Under the pieces are notes generated by a model. That model was not told where the DNA came from. It did no database searches and saw nothing but the letters and a program-made list of their open reading frames with translations. From an uncultured Cuneatibacter sp. (GTDB lineage Bacteria; Bacillota; Clostridia; Lachnospirales; Lachnospiraceae): a stretch of DNA of 64,000 nucleotides. This document shows, piece by piece, positions 40,064 to 49,034 of the stretch. The DNA is taken from positions 22,077-86,076 of the forward strand of contig CAKQHB010000003.1 of NCBI GenBank assembly GCA_934234215.1, in the 5' to 3' direction. Both the position numbers and the translations under genes were made by a program. How positions within the stretch are numbered: the first letter of the stretch is position 1; every line of letters starts with the position of its first letter.

Positions 40064-40183
40064 AAATCCAGCCTGCTGGATTCTTCGCCTGCGGCGGGTC
40101 GCGAAGCGACAAATTCTTTTCCGCCGCAGTGCGATCTGAAACACGTTTTTGCGTTATAGAAATTTATATTTTCTATATAACGC
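40064..40183 (-). repeat. Copy C (inverted orientation) of the terminator-abutting structured repeat
   Basis: Its reverse complement aligns over about 120 nt with the element at 49035-49162. The GC hairpin gcactgcggcgg...ccgccgcag is present. Hairpin 3 carries a compensatory change. Element abuts the purL terminator A/T-tract. Confidence 0.8.
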
Positions 40184-40224
40184 AAAAACGCTGTACAGAA
40201 CGTAAAATCCATTCTGTACAGCGT
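40184..40224 (-). terminator. Intrinsic terminator of purL (12-bp perfect stem acgctgtacaga / tctgtacagcgt, then U-tract on the minus strand)
   Basis: Seen directly, 30 nt downstream of the purL stop. Confidence 0.8.
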
Positions 40225-40254
40225 CTAACCTTTGAAAAATATTTTATTTCAAAA

Positions 40255-43200
40255 TTACTTGAAGTAGTCTACACCGGATTCAAACAGCTTCAGATCCTGC
40301 TCGCCATAGATGTTGACTGCAACGGAATCACCGCGTCTCTCGGAGTGTGCCATCTTACCATAAATACGGCCATCCGGGCTTGTGATACCCTCGATTGCAC
40401 AGTAAGAACCGTTGACGTTCCACTCTTCGTTCATCTCAAGATGTCCGTCTGCATCTACATACTGAGTTGCAACCTGGCCATTTGCGAACAGCTCCTTCAG
40501 CCACTTATCATTGGCAACGAAGCGACCTTCGCCGTGAGAGATCGGGTTGACATATACGCCGCCAAGCTCTGCCTTCTGCAACCAGGGAGACTTGTTGGAG
40601 ACAACCTTCAGATAGGACATTCGGGAAATGTGACGACCGATAGTGTTGTAGGTCAGCGTCGGGGAATCCTCGGTCTGTGCCTGAATATGACCATAGGGAA
40701 CAAGTCCCAGCTTGATCAGTGCCTGGAAACCGTTACAGATACCAAGTACAAGTCCATCTCTCTCATAGATCAGCTTTTCAACCGCTTCTTTTAACTTTTC
40801 ATTGCGGAATGCAGTTGCAAAGAACTTTGCGGAACCTTCCGGCTCATCACCAGCAGAGAAACCACCGGGGAACATCATAATCTGTGCTTTGCGGATGCCT
40901 GCCTCATATGCTTCAACAGACTCACGGATATCGGCTGCGGACTGATTCTTCATAACACAGGTGATCACATCTGCACCAGCTGCCTCAAATGCCTTTGCAC
41001 TGTCGTACTCACAGTTTGTTCCCGGGAATACCGGAATGAAGACCGTGGGCTTTGCAACTTTATTTTTGCAAACGTAGATGGAATCTGCGTGATAAAGCTT
41101 CTCTTCTACCGGCTTCTGAGCGGTGCCGGAGTTGGTCGGGAATACCTTCTCAAGTGGAGCTTTCCAGATGTCCAGTGCCTGCATCAGATCAACCTTTGCA
41201 TCGCCGTACTGGAAAACAGCCTCTTCTGTCACTTCACCGACTACCTCATAAGCGCCCTGCAGTGCCAGTACCTGATCGGCAGGTACTTCTGCGATCAATG
41301 CGCCGTAAGAAGGCGCGAACAGTGTATTCGCAGATACTTCGCCGGCATTGATCTTAACACCAAGGTGATTACCAAATGCCATCTTGGAAACAGCTTCTGC
41401 AATACCCTTTGCGCCAAGTGCATAAGCGGAAATGATTCTGCCAGCCTTAACATTTTCAAAGAAGTCTGCATACTGTCTCTTTAATTCGTTGTAATTCGGC
41501 AGCTCATCTGCATTGCGGTGCATCGTGAACTTCACAAGCTTGTTGCCGGCTTTCTTTAATTCCGGTGTTACAACAGTCTTATCCGATGCAACATCGACTG
41601 CGAAGGAAACAAGAGTCGGCGGAACACTGATGTCACCGAAAGTACCGGACATGGAGTCCTTACCGCCGATGGACGGCAGACCAAATCCGAGCTGTGCATC
41701 GTATGCACCTAACAGTGCAGAGAACGGCTCGCCCCAGCTATGAGGATCGGTGGTCATACGACGGAAATATTCCTGATAGGTCATACGGATCTTGCTGTAG
41801 TCACCGCCGGATGCTACGATCTTCGCGATAGAATCAACGATTGCATAGACAGCGCCGTGGTACGGGCTCCAGGAAGACAGATACGGATCAAAACCATATG
41901 CCATCATCGTTACACAGTCCGTCTTGCCCTTTGCTACCGGCAGTTTTGCGATCATCGCCTGAGTCTCGGTCATCTGATACTTACCACCATAAGGCATCGT
42001 TACGCTGCCTGCACCGATGGAAGCATCGAACATCTCTACAAGACCTTTCTGGGAGCAGACATTCAGATCGCCCAGCATATGCTTCCATGCACCGGCTACA
42101 TCCGCAGGTGCTTCCTTACGGAAGAAATCTCCCTCTGCGGAAGGCGGAGTTACGGTAACATCTGTCTCCTGATGAGCGCCGTTGGTATCAAGAAATGCAC
42201 GGCTGATATTTACGATTTCTTTTCCTCTCCACTTCATAACAAGGCGGGGAGATTCGGTTACCTCTGCAACAACGACTGCTTCCAGGTTTTCGGAAGCGGC
42301 ATATTCTAACATCTGGGGAACATCCTCTTTGCGGACAACAACTGCCATTCTCTCCTGAGATTCGGAGATCGCAATTTCGGTTCCATCCAGACCTGCATAC
42401 TTTTTCGGAACCAGATCCAGATTGATCTGCAGACCGTCTGCCAGCTCACCGATGGCAACGGAAACACCGCCTGCACCAAAGTCGTTACACTTTTTGATCA
42501 TGTGGCTGACTTCTTCTCTGCGGAACAGACGCTGAATCTTACGCTCGGTAGGGGCATTACCCTTCTGAACCTCGGCACCGCAAGTCTCAATCGAAGTAAC
42601 AGTATGTGCCTTGGAAGAACCGGTTGCACCGCCACAGCCGTCACGACCGGTACGACCACCTAACAGAATGATCTGATCGCCGGGATCGGAGGTCAGGCGA
42701 ACAACCGCTCTGCGGGGAGCTGCACCCATAACAGCACCGATCTCCATTCTCTTTGCAACGTAGTTCGGATGATAGATTTCTTTTACATAACCGGTTGCCA
42801 GACCAATCTGGTTGCCGTAGGAGCTGTAGCCGCTGGCAGCGGAACGAACGATCTTCTTCTGGGGAAGTTTGCCCTCCAATGTCTTGGAGACACTGACGGT
42901 AGGATCAGCGGCACCGGTAACACGCATTGCCTGATAAACGTAGGTACGTCCGGACAGCGGATCACGGATCGCACCGCCGAGGCAGGTAGCGGCACCACCG
43001 AAAGGCTCGATCTCTGTCGGGTGGTTATGTGTCTCATTCTTGAAGTTGACCAGCCACTCTTCGGTCTTGCCGTCTACTTCTACCGGGACTACGATGGAGC
43101 AGGCATTGATCTCATCGGATTCTTCCTGATCGTCCAAAAGTCCCTCTCTCTTTAACTTTCTGGCCCCCATCGTTGCCAGGTCCATCAGGCAGACAAACTT

Positions 43201-44007
43201 GTCATTTCTGCCTGCAAAAATTTCCTTGTGATCGGAAACATACTGCTGGAATGCTTTCTCGATGGCATCCTTTGCATAACCTTCCTCGAAAGTGACATTT
43301 TTCAGTTCGGTCTGGAAGGTGGTGTGACGGCAATGGTCAGACCAGTAGGTATCCAGCACACGAATCTCCGTCATGGAAGGATCTCTCTTCTCCTCATCAT
43401 GGAAATACTTCTGAATATGAAGGAAGTCCTTGAATGTCATCGCCAGATTCAGGGAAGTGTATAATTCCTTTAATTCTGCTTCCGGCATCGTGGAAAATCC
43501 ATCGAAGATCAGAACGTCTGCCGGTTCTTCAAACTTTGTTACCAGAGTGTCCGGAATCTCTTCTCCGGCTTCTCTGGAATCTACCGGGTTGATACAGTGG
43601 GACTTGATCGCAGCAATCTCCGTCTCACTGACCTGACCGGAAATAACATAAGTCGTAGCGGTCTTGATGACCGGCTCTTCCTCCTCTGCCAGCAGGCGAA
43701 CACACTGCTCTGCAGAATCCGCTCTCTGGTCGAACTGTCCAGGCAGATATTCTACGGAAAAGATGGTATCATCCGCTTCATGGGGAAACTCTCCCTCATA
43801 AAGATCATCTACCGGAGGCTCCGAAAAAATGGTGTTTAATGCTTTTGCATATACGTCCTCTGAAATATTTTCTACATCATACCGGATCAGAACACGAACC
43901 GCCTTTGCTGTGTGAATATTCAGATAGCTGGCGATCTCTTCTTCCAGCTCTCTGGCTTTTACAGCAAAGTCTATTTTTTTCTCCACATATACTCTCTTTA
44001 CGCTCAT
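40255..44007 (-). CDS. purL: Phosphoribosylformylglycinamidine synthase, large single-chain form
   Basis: 1250 aa with fused PurS-like, FGAM synthetase (AIRS/AIRS_C duplications) and C-terminal glutamine amidotransferase domains. Confidence 0.92.
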   Translation of the reverse strand: MSVKRVYVEKKIDFAVKARELEEEIASYLNIHTAKAVRVLIRYDVENISEDVYAKALNTIFSEPPVDDLYEGEFPHEADDTIFSVEYLPGQFDQRADSAEQCVRLLAEEEEPVIKTATTYVISGQVSETEIAAIKSHCINPVDSREAGEEIPDTLVTKFEEPADVLIFDGFSTMPEAELKELYTSLNLAMTFKDFLHIQKYFHDEEKRDPSMTEIRVLDTYWSDHCRHTTFQTELKNVTFEEGYAKDAIEKAFQQYVSDHKEIFAGRNDKFVCLMDLATMGARKLKREGLLDDQEESDEINACSIVVPVEVDGKTEEWLVNFKNETHNHPTEIEPFGGAATCLGGAIRDPLSGRTYVYQAMRVTGAADPTVSVSKTLEGKLPQKKIVRSAASGYSSYGNQIGLATGYVKEIYHPNYVAKRMEIGAVMGAAPRRAVVRLTSDPGDQIILLGGRTGRDGCGGATGSSKAHTVTSIETCGAEVQKGNAPTERKIQRLFRREEVSHMIKKCNDFGAGGVSVAIGELADGLQINLDLVPKKYAGLDGTEIAISESQERMAVVVRKEDVPQMLEYAASENLEAVVVAEVTESPRLVMKWRGKEIVNISRAFLDTNGAHQETDVTVTPPSAEGDFFRKEAPADVAGAWKHMLGDLNVCSQKGLVEMFDASIGAGSVTMPYGGKYQMTETQAMIAKLPVAKGKTDCVTMMAYGFDPYLSSWSPYHGAVYAIVDSIAKIVASGGDYSKIRMTYQEYFRRMTTDPHSWGEPFSALLGAYDAQLGFGLPSIGGKDSMSGTFGDISVPPTLVSFAVDVASDKTVVTPELKKAGNKLVKFTMHRNADELPNYNELKRQYADFFENVKAGRIISAYALGAKGIAEAVSKMAFGNHLGVKINAGEVSANTLFAPSYGALIAEVPADQVLALQGAYEVVGEVTEEAVFQYGDAKVDLMQALDIWKAPLEKVFPTNSGTAQKPVEEKLYHADSIYVCKNKVAKPTVFIPVFPGTNCEYDSAKAFEAAGADVITCVMKNQSAADIRESVEAYEAGIRKAQIMMFPGGFSAGDEPEGSAKFFATAFRNEKLKEAVEKLIYERDGLVLGICNGFQALIKLGLVPYGHIQAQTEDSPTLTYNTIGRHISRMSYLKVVSNKSPWLQKAELGGVYVNPISHGEGRFVANDKWLKELFANGQVATQYVDADGHLEMNEEWNVNGSYCAIEGITSPDGRIYGKMAHSERRGDSVAVNIYGEQDLKLFESGVDYFK

Positions 44008-44129
44008 GGTTTCCTCTCATTTCTGCTGCATCAGGCAGCTAATTTCGCAGTCCATACACGCCCAAGTATAGCACGCGCCTCATTTACCGACAAGTAACAA
44101 TCTCCTGTGAAAAAATACGACTTTATTCG

Positions 44130-44693
44130 TCACTGCTGATTTTCTGCGGATTCTTCCGTCAGACCGGCGGCAGTGTCACCAGCTGTCATGGCATTGACTG
44201 CCAGACGCATAATGTCCTTTACTTCTTCCTCAGACATCTGCATCTTTTCTGCAAGCTCCGGCAGAGTTGCTTCTCTGCCATAATCCTGTGCCAGTTTTTC
44301 TGTTACTGCATTTAACAGTTCAACGCGGTCTAACATTCTCTTCGCGGTTTTGTCAGAAAGATTCTGCTTATCAACTTCTTTCTGCATGGCACTGCGGATT
44401 TCTTCCTCAATAAAAGGAATAAAATCGCCGTAATTGCCATCAGAGTAATCTCCTACTGCCATCGTCAGCGCCATATTGCCTTCCTGAACAAGATCTGTGA
44501 ACAGAACACCTTTGTCCTGAAGTTCCTTTGCGATGGGCAGTACCCGGAACAGATTGCCCTCGATCAGACGCTCTGTCACGGAGAAATCTCCATCTAACAG
44601 TTTCGGCAAAAGCTCTGCCAGTTCCGCATCCTCACAGGGACGGATCCCCTGCAATTCCTGTAAATACATCTGATAAAAATTCGGTTCTTCCAT
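44130..44693 (-). CDS. Sigma-70-like protein lacking region 2.4 and region 4 (region 1.2, 2.1-2.2 and 3.0/3.1 only)
   Basis: FYQMYLQELQGIRP (region 1.2), GVLFTDLVQEGNMALTMAV (region 2.2) and GREATLPELAEKMQMSEEEVKDIMRLA (region 3.1) parallel RpoD. No -10 or -35 recognition segments. AAAGGAGTG RBS sits 5 nt upstream, and the ATG is 4 nt after the helicase stop. Confidence 0.6.
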   Translation of the reverse strand: MEEPNFYQMYLQELQGIRPCEDAELAELLPKLLDGDFSVTERLIEGNLFRVLPIAKELQDKGVLFTDLVQEGNMALTMAVGDYSDGNYGDFIPFIEEEIRSAMQKEVDKQNLSDKTAKRMLDRVELLNAVTEKLAQDYGREATLPELAEKMQMSEEEVKDIMRLAVNAMTAGDTAAGLTEESAENQQ

Positions 44694-44697
44694 AGTT

Positions 44698-47106
44698 TCA
44701 CTCCTTTCGGTCCCGTTTCTCCCAAAAAGTTCTGGCAAGGATCGCTGCGTCGGAGAGAGAAACTCTTCTGCAGTCCGCCCATTCTCTGGGAAACAATTCC
44801 TGATATTCTCTTTGCCAAAAGCGATGATCCAACAGAAAGATCACGCCCTCGTCCTGTGTCGTGCGGATGAGACGTCCCGCCGCCTGCTGAACTTTGTTCA
44901 TGCCCGGATACAGGTATGCATAGTCAAATCCGTTCTTTCCATGCTGCTCATAATAATCCTTCAAAATCTCCCGTTCCGCACACACTTGCGGAAGTCCGGT
45001 TCCGGCAATAAAAACACCGATGAGCGTATCTTCTCGCAGATCGATCCCTTCCGAAAAAATACCACCTAAAATACCGAGTCCCACCAGCGTCCCCGTCCGC
45101 TCCTCGTGAAACAAAGCAAGGTAGGCTTCCCGTTCCGGCTCGCTCATACGACTTCCCTGACAGACGATCTGAATGTCCGGATGCGTCTCCGGAATCCTGC
45201 GTCGAAGCGCCTCGTACAGCCGTTCCTGATAGGCGTAGGACGGACAGAATACGAAATAATTTCCGGAACGAATCGCAGTTACCGTCTCAATATAAGCAGC
45301 CATCTGGTCAAAGCTCTGCTCACTGCGATCCCGATAACGGGTCGTCACATCTCTCGCTGCGCAGAGCAGGCGATGATCCTGCGAAAACGGAGATGGCACA
45401 TAAATGGCCGGATCGTCCGTCTCTCCCGACAGCAGACTTTTATAATAATTAACCGGCAGCATCGTGGCGGAGAAAAACAACGCACTGCTGCCCTGATCGA
45501 GGCATTCCCGCAAATTTTTTGAGGGATCGACACAAAACAATTTTAACAGGAAACCACCGTCCTCCTGTAACTGGGTGTAGACCTGGTAATGGGAATCCAG
45601 CTTTTCGGAAACGAGAAGAAAATCCCGCAGAGAAAAGAAAAAGCGGCTTTCCTCTGAATCCATTGATTCATTGGGGTGTTCCTCGTACCAGGTCACAATC
45701 TCGTCGTACAGATGATCAACGGCAAATGTCAGCTGTGAGACATCCTCCGGAATAAGCTTGTCCATACGATCACACTCCCGCTTCATCTCCAGCAGCAGTT
45801 TGTTGCACCGGGTCAGCGCTTTCGAGAGCTTGACGCTGCGCTCTTTGTAATGTCTGGCAGAATCCAGAAAGTCTTCTTTACAGAGGGTCGCGCTGTACAT
45901 CTCTCTGGCACGTTCCACCAGGTTGTGCGCCTCGTCAATGAGAAACACATAGTTTCCCTCCTGTCCGTCTCCAAAATACCGCTGCAGACGTACATTGGGA
46001 TCAAACACATAATTATAATCGCAGATAATCGCATCCGTCCAGTTACTCACATCCAGACTCATCTCAAAAGGGCAGACGCGGTATTCTTTGGCATAGGCAG
46101 CAATGTCTTCCCGCAGGATTTCATTTTTTCGGGTGATCAGTGCATAAACAGCATCATTGACCCGATCAAAATGGCCTTTCGCATAGGGGCAGCTGACTGG
46201 ATTGCAATCCGCCTCTTTGCCTTCCTCACAGACAAGAGGACAGATCCGCTCTTTGGCTGTCAACGTCACACTGGACACGCACAGATTTCCATCTGTAGAA
46301 TCCCGCAAAATCCGAAATGCCTCCTCCGCGACAGAGCGGGTGATGGTTTTTGCGGTCAGATAAAAAATCTTATCCGCCCGCTCTTCGCCCAGAGTGCGCA
46401 CTGCCGGAAATACAACGGACAATGTCTTTCCAATGCCGGTAGGTGCCTGCACGAACAGACGCTGTTTTCGCTCCATCGCCCGATAAGCGGACACAACCAG
46501 ACTGCGCTGCCCCGGCCGATACGGATAGGGAAACTCCAGCCCCTGAATCGAGGCAATGGATGCCTGGCGATGAAAGCTGGCAAACTCCGCCCATTTCTGA
46601 TAGTCACGGACAAGCATCTTCACAGCAGTTTCCAGCTGTTCAAACGTATAATAATCCTGAAACCGCCTGATCTCCTCGGATTCCAGATTGCAATAAGTGA
46701 GCTGGATCACCATGCCGTCTAACTGTTCATGAAAGGCATACATATACCCGTAGCAAAGCGCCTGCGCCTTGTGTACCGGAATCGGCTCCTCCAGACGGTT
46801 TACATCCCGGTAGATGCCTTTGATCTCGTCGATGCCGCGCCGTCCGTCCCGATCGGTAAAGATACCATCGGCTCGTCCCTCCAGAATCAGTGTCGCAGGT
46901 CCACAGTCCAAATGACACGTTAAGGACACCTCGGCATGGTAGTCTCCACCCATCTGCTTTTGAATTCTGCGATGGATGCGGCTCCCCTCTGCCATGGCGT
47001 CCTTTGCGGCTCGTCCTCTTCGATTATCCAGATCTCCGGTGCGTAGCACAAATTCTACCAGGCTGCGCACCGAAAGACGGATGACTTCCTTGTTCTCCTC
47101 AGACAT
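44698..47106 (-). CDS. Fusion of N-terminal Cas4/RecB-like PD-(D/E)xK nuclease with XPD/DinG-family Fe-S superfamily-2 helicase
   Basis: Nuclease motifs GRADG, DEIK and QALCYGY. Walker A APTGIGKT, DEAH box LIDEAHNL and a 4-Cys cluster (ICPLVCEEGKEADCNPVSCPY). C-terminal helicase_C_2 region. Confidence 0.8.
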   Translation of the reverse strand: MSEENKEVIRLSVRSLVEFVLRTGDLDNRRGRAAKDAMAEGSRIHRRIQKQMGGDYHAEVSLTCHLDCGPATLILEGRADGIFTDRDGRRGIDEIKGIYRDVNRLEEPIPVHKAQALCYGYMYAFHEQLDGMVIQLTYCNLESEEIRRFQDYYTFEQLETAVKMLVRDYQKWAEFASFHRQASIASIQGLEFPYPYRPGQRSLVVSAYRAMERKQRLFVQAPTGIGKTLSVVFPAVRTLGEERADKIFYLTAKTITRSVAEEAFRILRDSTDGNLCVSSVTLTAKERICPLVCEEGKEADCNPVSCPYAKGHFDRVNDAVYALITRKNEILREDIAAYAKEYRVCPFEMSLDVSNWTDAIICDYNYVFDPNVRLQRYFGDGQEGNYVFLIDEAHNLVERAREMYSATLCKEDFLDSARHYKERSVKLSKALTRCNKLLLEMKRECDRMDKLIPEDVSQLTFAVDHLYDEIVTWYEEHPNESMDSEESRFFFSLRDFLLVSEKLDSHYQVYTQLQEDGGFLLKLFCVDPSKNLRECLDQGSSALFFSATMLPVNYYKSLLSGETDDPAIYVPSPFSQDHRLLCAARDVTTRYRDRSEQSFDQMAAYIETVTAIRSGNYFVFCPSYAYQERLYEALRRRIPETHPDIQIVCQGSRMSEPEREAYLALFHEERTGTLVGLGILGGIFSEGIDLREDTLIGVFIAGTGLPQVCAEREILKDYYEQHGKNGFDYAYLYPGMNKVQQAAGRLIRTTQDEGVIFLLDHRFWQREYQELFPREWADCRRVSLSDAAILARTFWEKRDRKE

Positions 47107-47114
47107 GAGCAGAA

Positions 47115-48689
47115 TCAGTCCTCTCTCGTAACTTTATCTACGTTCAGGATCTCAACAGGTTTTCCCTCTGCTCCCTCTACGGTAACATTCTTCATGATCA
47201 GCTCTTTGACATTGTTGATATAGATACCCTTCTTAGTGCAAGGCTCTACATCTGCCATCATCGCCGGGTACTCCGGAGTCGGATTCTCGGTAAAGTCTAC
47301 ATGAACATTTTCGAAAGTCAGCTTGTCAATCTTTGCTTCCGGCAGACCATAGATAAAGGTCGCTGCAACGTGGCAGTTATGTGCTTCAATGTCCTTGAAA
47401 TACAGCTCACGAATGAACGGGGTGCGCTCATCCACCGGAAGCGGTTCCTTGGAGCGAACGTACTCACTGTGTCCATCAGGATCACAACACCAATAGAAAG
47501 AGTTTACAACGAAAGGAGTCAGAACACCATCCATCTTAATATTCTCAAAGGTAATATCCTCAATGACAGCATCGTTGCCACGTCCTCTTCTCGTCTTAAC
47601 ACGCAGACCACGATCAGTATCCTCAAAAATACAATCCTTAACCATCAGATGCTTGACACCGGCCGCCATCTCAGAACCAAGGGTGACGGAGCCGTGACCA
47701 TGCTGCATATAGCACTGGCGGATCTCCATATGCTGAGAAGACTTCTTATACTTGTGTCCCATGTAGAAACGACCGGACTTTACTGCGATACAGTCATCAC
47801 CCAGAGAGAAGTGTACGCCTGCGATCTCCAGACCGTCAACAGACTCCGGATCAATACCATCGGTGTTGGGGGAGATCTTCGGATTGATAATCTCCAGATC
47901 CAGATAGCGCAGATGATCGGAGAAATACGGATGCAGATTCCATGCCGGGCTGTTCTGTACGCGCAGACCATGTACCACAACATTCTCGCAGTGATTCAGG
48001 AAGATCATGCGGGGACGATATGCTCCGCCAACCTTTTCTCTGCCATTGCCTTCCCACCAGTTCTCATAGCTGCTGTTGCCATCCAGTACACCAGCACCGG
48101 TGATCACGATATTCTTGACATTGATACCAGTCAGGATCGAAGCGAACATATCTTCGGGATCGCCCTCCCAGGTACCAAGGTTGTACTCCTTCTCGCCGTC
48201 GGTGGACGGAATCAGACCGGGCAGGATCGGGAACTTCGCACGATCGGTGAATGCCAGCAGAGTTGCGCCCTCTGCGAACTCCAGAACCAGATCATCCTTC
48301 AGGAACAGCGCAGATGTGCGGTAAGTGCCGGCGGGAACAAGAACACGGCCATCCTTCGGGCAGGCATTGATCGCAGCCTGAATAAAGATCGTATCATCAT
48401 GCTCGCCGTCACCCTTTGCACCGAACTGTCTGACATCCAGCGTCACAAACTCGTAATTGGTCTTTACCTTCACCGGTTCCGATACATCTGCACCATCCGT
48501 GCTCTTTACCTGAATGGTATATTCGGTATCCGGGTTCAGTCCGTAAATCGTCTGAATGACCTTCTTGGAAGTCAGAACCTCCTGACCGTCTACAAAAATC
48601 GTATACTCCTTATTTGTAAAGTATACACCGTAATTCAACATCTCAATAACAACTGCATGTCCAGTCTGAAATAAAATACGAAATTCCAT
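47115..48689 (-). CDS. Glycoside hydrolase family 28 (polygalacturonase/exo-galacturonosidase-like), no signal peptide
   Basis: GH28 motifs NTDGID, GDDC, GHG and RGLRVKTRRG. N-terminal beta-sandwich domain. Start at the internal Met MEFRIL. Confidence 0.8.
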   Translation of the reverse strand: MEFRILFQTGHAVVIEMLNYGVYFTNKEYTIFVDGQEVLTSKKVIQTIYGLNPDTEYTIQVKSTDGADVSEPVKVKTNYEFVTLDVRQFGAKGDGEHDDTIFIQAAINACPKDGRVLVPAGTYRTSALFLKDDLVLEFAEGATLLAFTDRAKFPILPGLIPSTDGEKEYNLGTWEGDPEDMFASILTGINVKNIVITGAGVLDGNSSYENWWEGNGREKVGGAYRPRMIFLNHCENVVVHGLRVQNSPAWNLHPYFSDHLRYLDLEIINPKISPNTDGIDPESVDGLEIAGVHFSLGDDCIAVKSGRFYMGHKYKKSSQHMEIRQCYMQHGHGSVTLGSEMAAGVKHLMVKDCIFEDTDRGLRVKTRRGRGNDAVIEDITFENIKMDGVLTPFVVNSFYWCCDPDGHSEYVRSKEPLPVDERTPFIRELYFKDIEAHNCHVAATFIYGLPEAKIDKLTFENVHVDFTENPTPEYPAMMADVEPCTKKGIYINNVKELIMKNVTVEGAEGKPVEILNVDKVTRED

Positions 48690-48865
48690 CTCTCTTTGTT
48701 CGTGGCTGCTGCCACGCCTCCTCTTTTTTGATAGTTCCAGTATATCCGATTTTTTCCTCTGCTTCAAGTAAAAATACCGACCGTGCGCAGGAATAATCTG
48801 TATTGTTGCAGCAGGACTTATTTGGCTCAATTAAAAAATTGAATTTATTTAAAAAAAGTATTTGA

Positions 48866-48900
48866 CAATACCTATAGGTTATGATATAACAATAGAGCAG
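48866..48900 (+). promoter_or_regulatory. Putative sigma-A promoter of tRNA-Trp (TTGACA-17-TATAAC)
   Basis: Consensus -35 and near-consensus -10, about 30 nt upstream of the tRNA 5' end. Confidence 0.5.
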
Positions 48901-48926
48901 TTGCGAGAGCGACAGCAAATCAATAA

Positions 48927-48997
48927 AGGGGAATAGTTCAATGGCAGAGCAACGGTCTCCAAAACCGTTAATGGGAGTTCGAATCTCTCTTCCCCTG
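48927..48997 (+). tRNA. tRNA-Trp (anticodon CCA)
   Basis: Hand-folded cloverleaf. Acceptor AGGGGAA/TTCCCCT, anticodon stem ACGGT/ACCGT with loop CTCCAAA, T-arm GGGAG-TTCGAAT-CTCTC, discriminator G. Close to the B. subtilis tRNA-Trp sequence. The 3' CCA is not encoded. Confidence 0.85.
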
Positions 48998-49007
48998 CTT
49001 CAAAGAT

Positions 49008-49033
49008 CAGTCGATTGAGACTGGTCTTTTTTT
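49008..49033 (+). terminator. Terminator after tRNA-Trp (cagtc-gattga-gactg plus T-tract)
   Basis: Short hairpin followed by nine T residues. Confidence 0.5.
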
Positions 49034-49034
49034 A

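Noticed and set aside
44008-44130. Possible purine riboswitch or PurR box in the leader of purL
   Set aside because: The 123-nt leader lacks the conserved purine-riboswitch junction motifs (no UAUA...GGAU...CUAC pattern). Nothing supports a riboswitch here.
47301-48674. 457-aa ORF on the plus strand
   Set aside because: Antisense to the GH28 gene. No RBS, no recognisable domains, and the GH28 motifs on the other strand explain the open frame.
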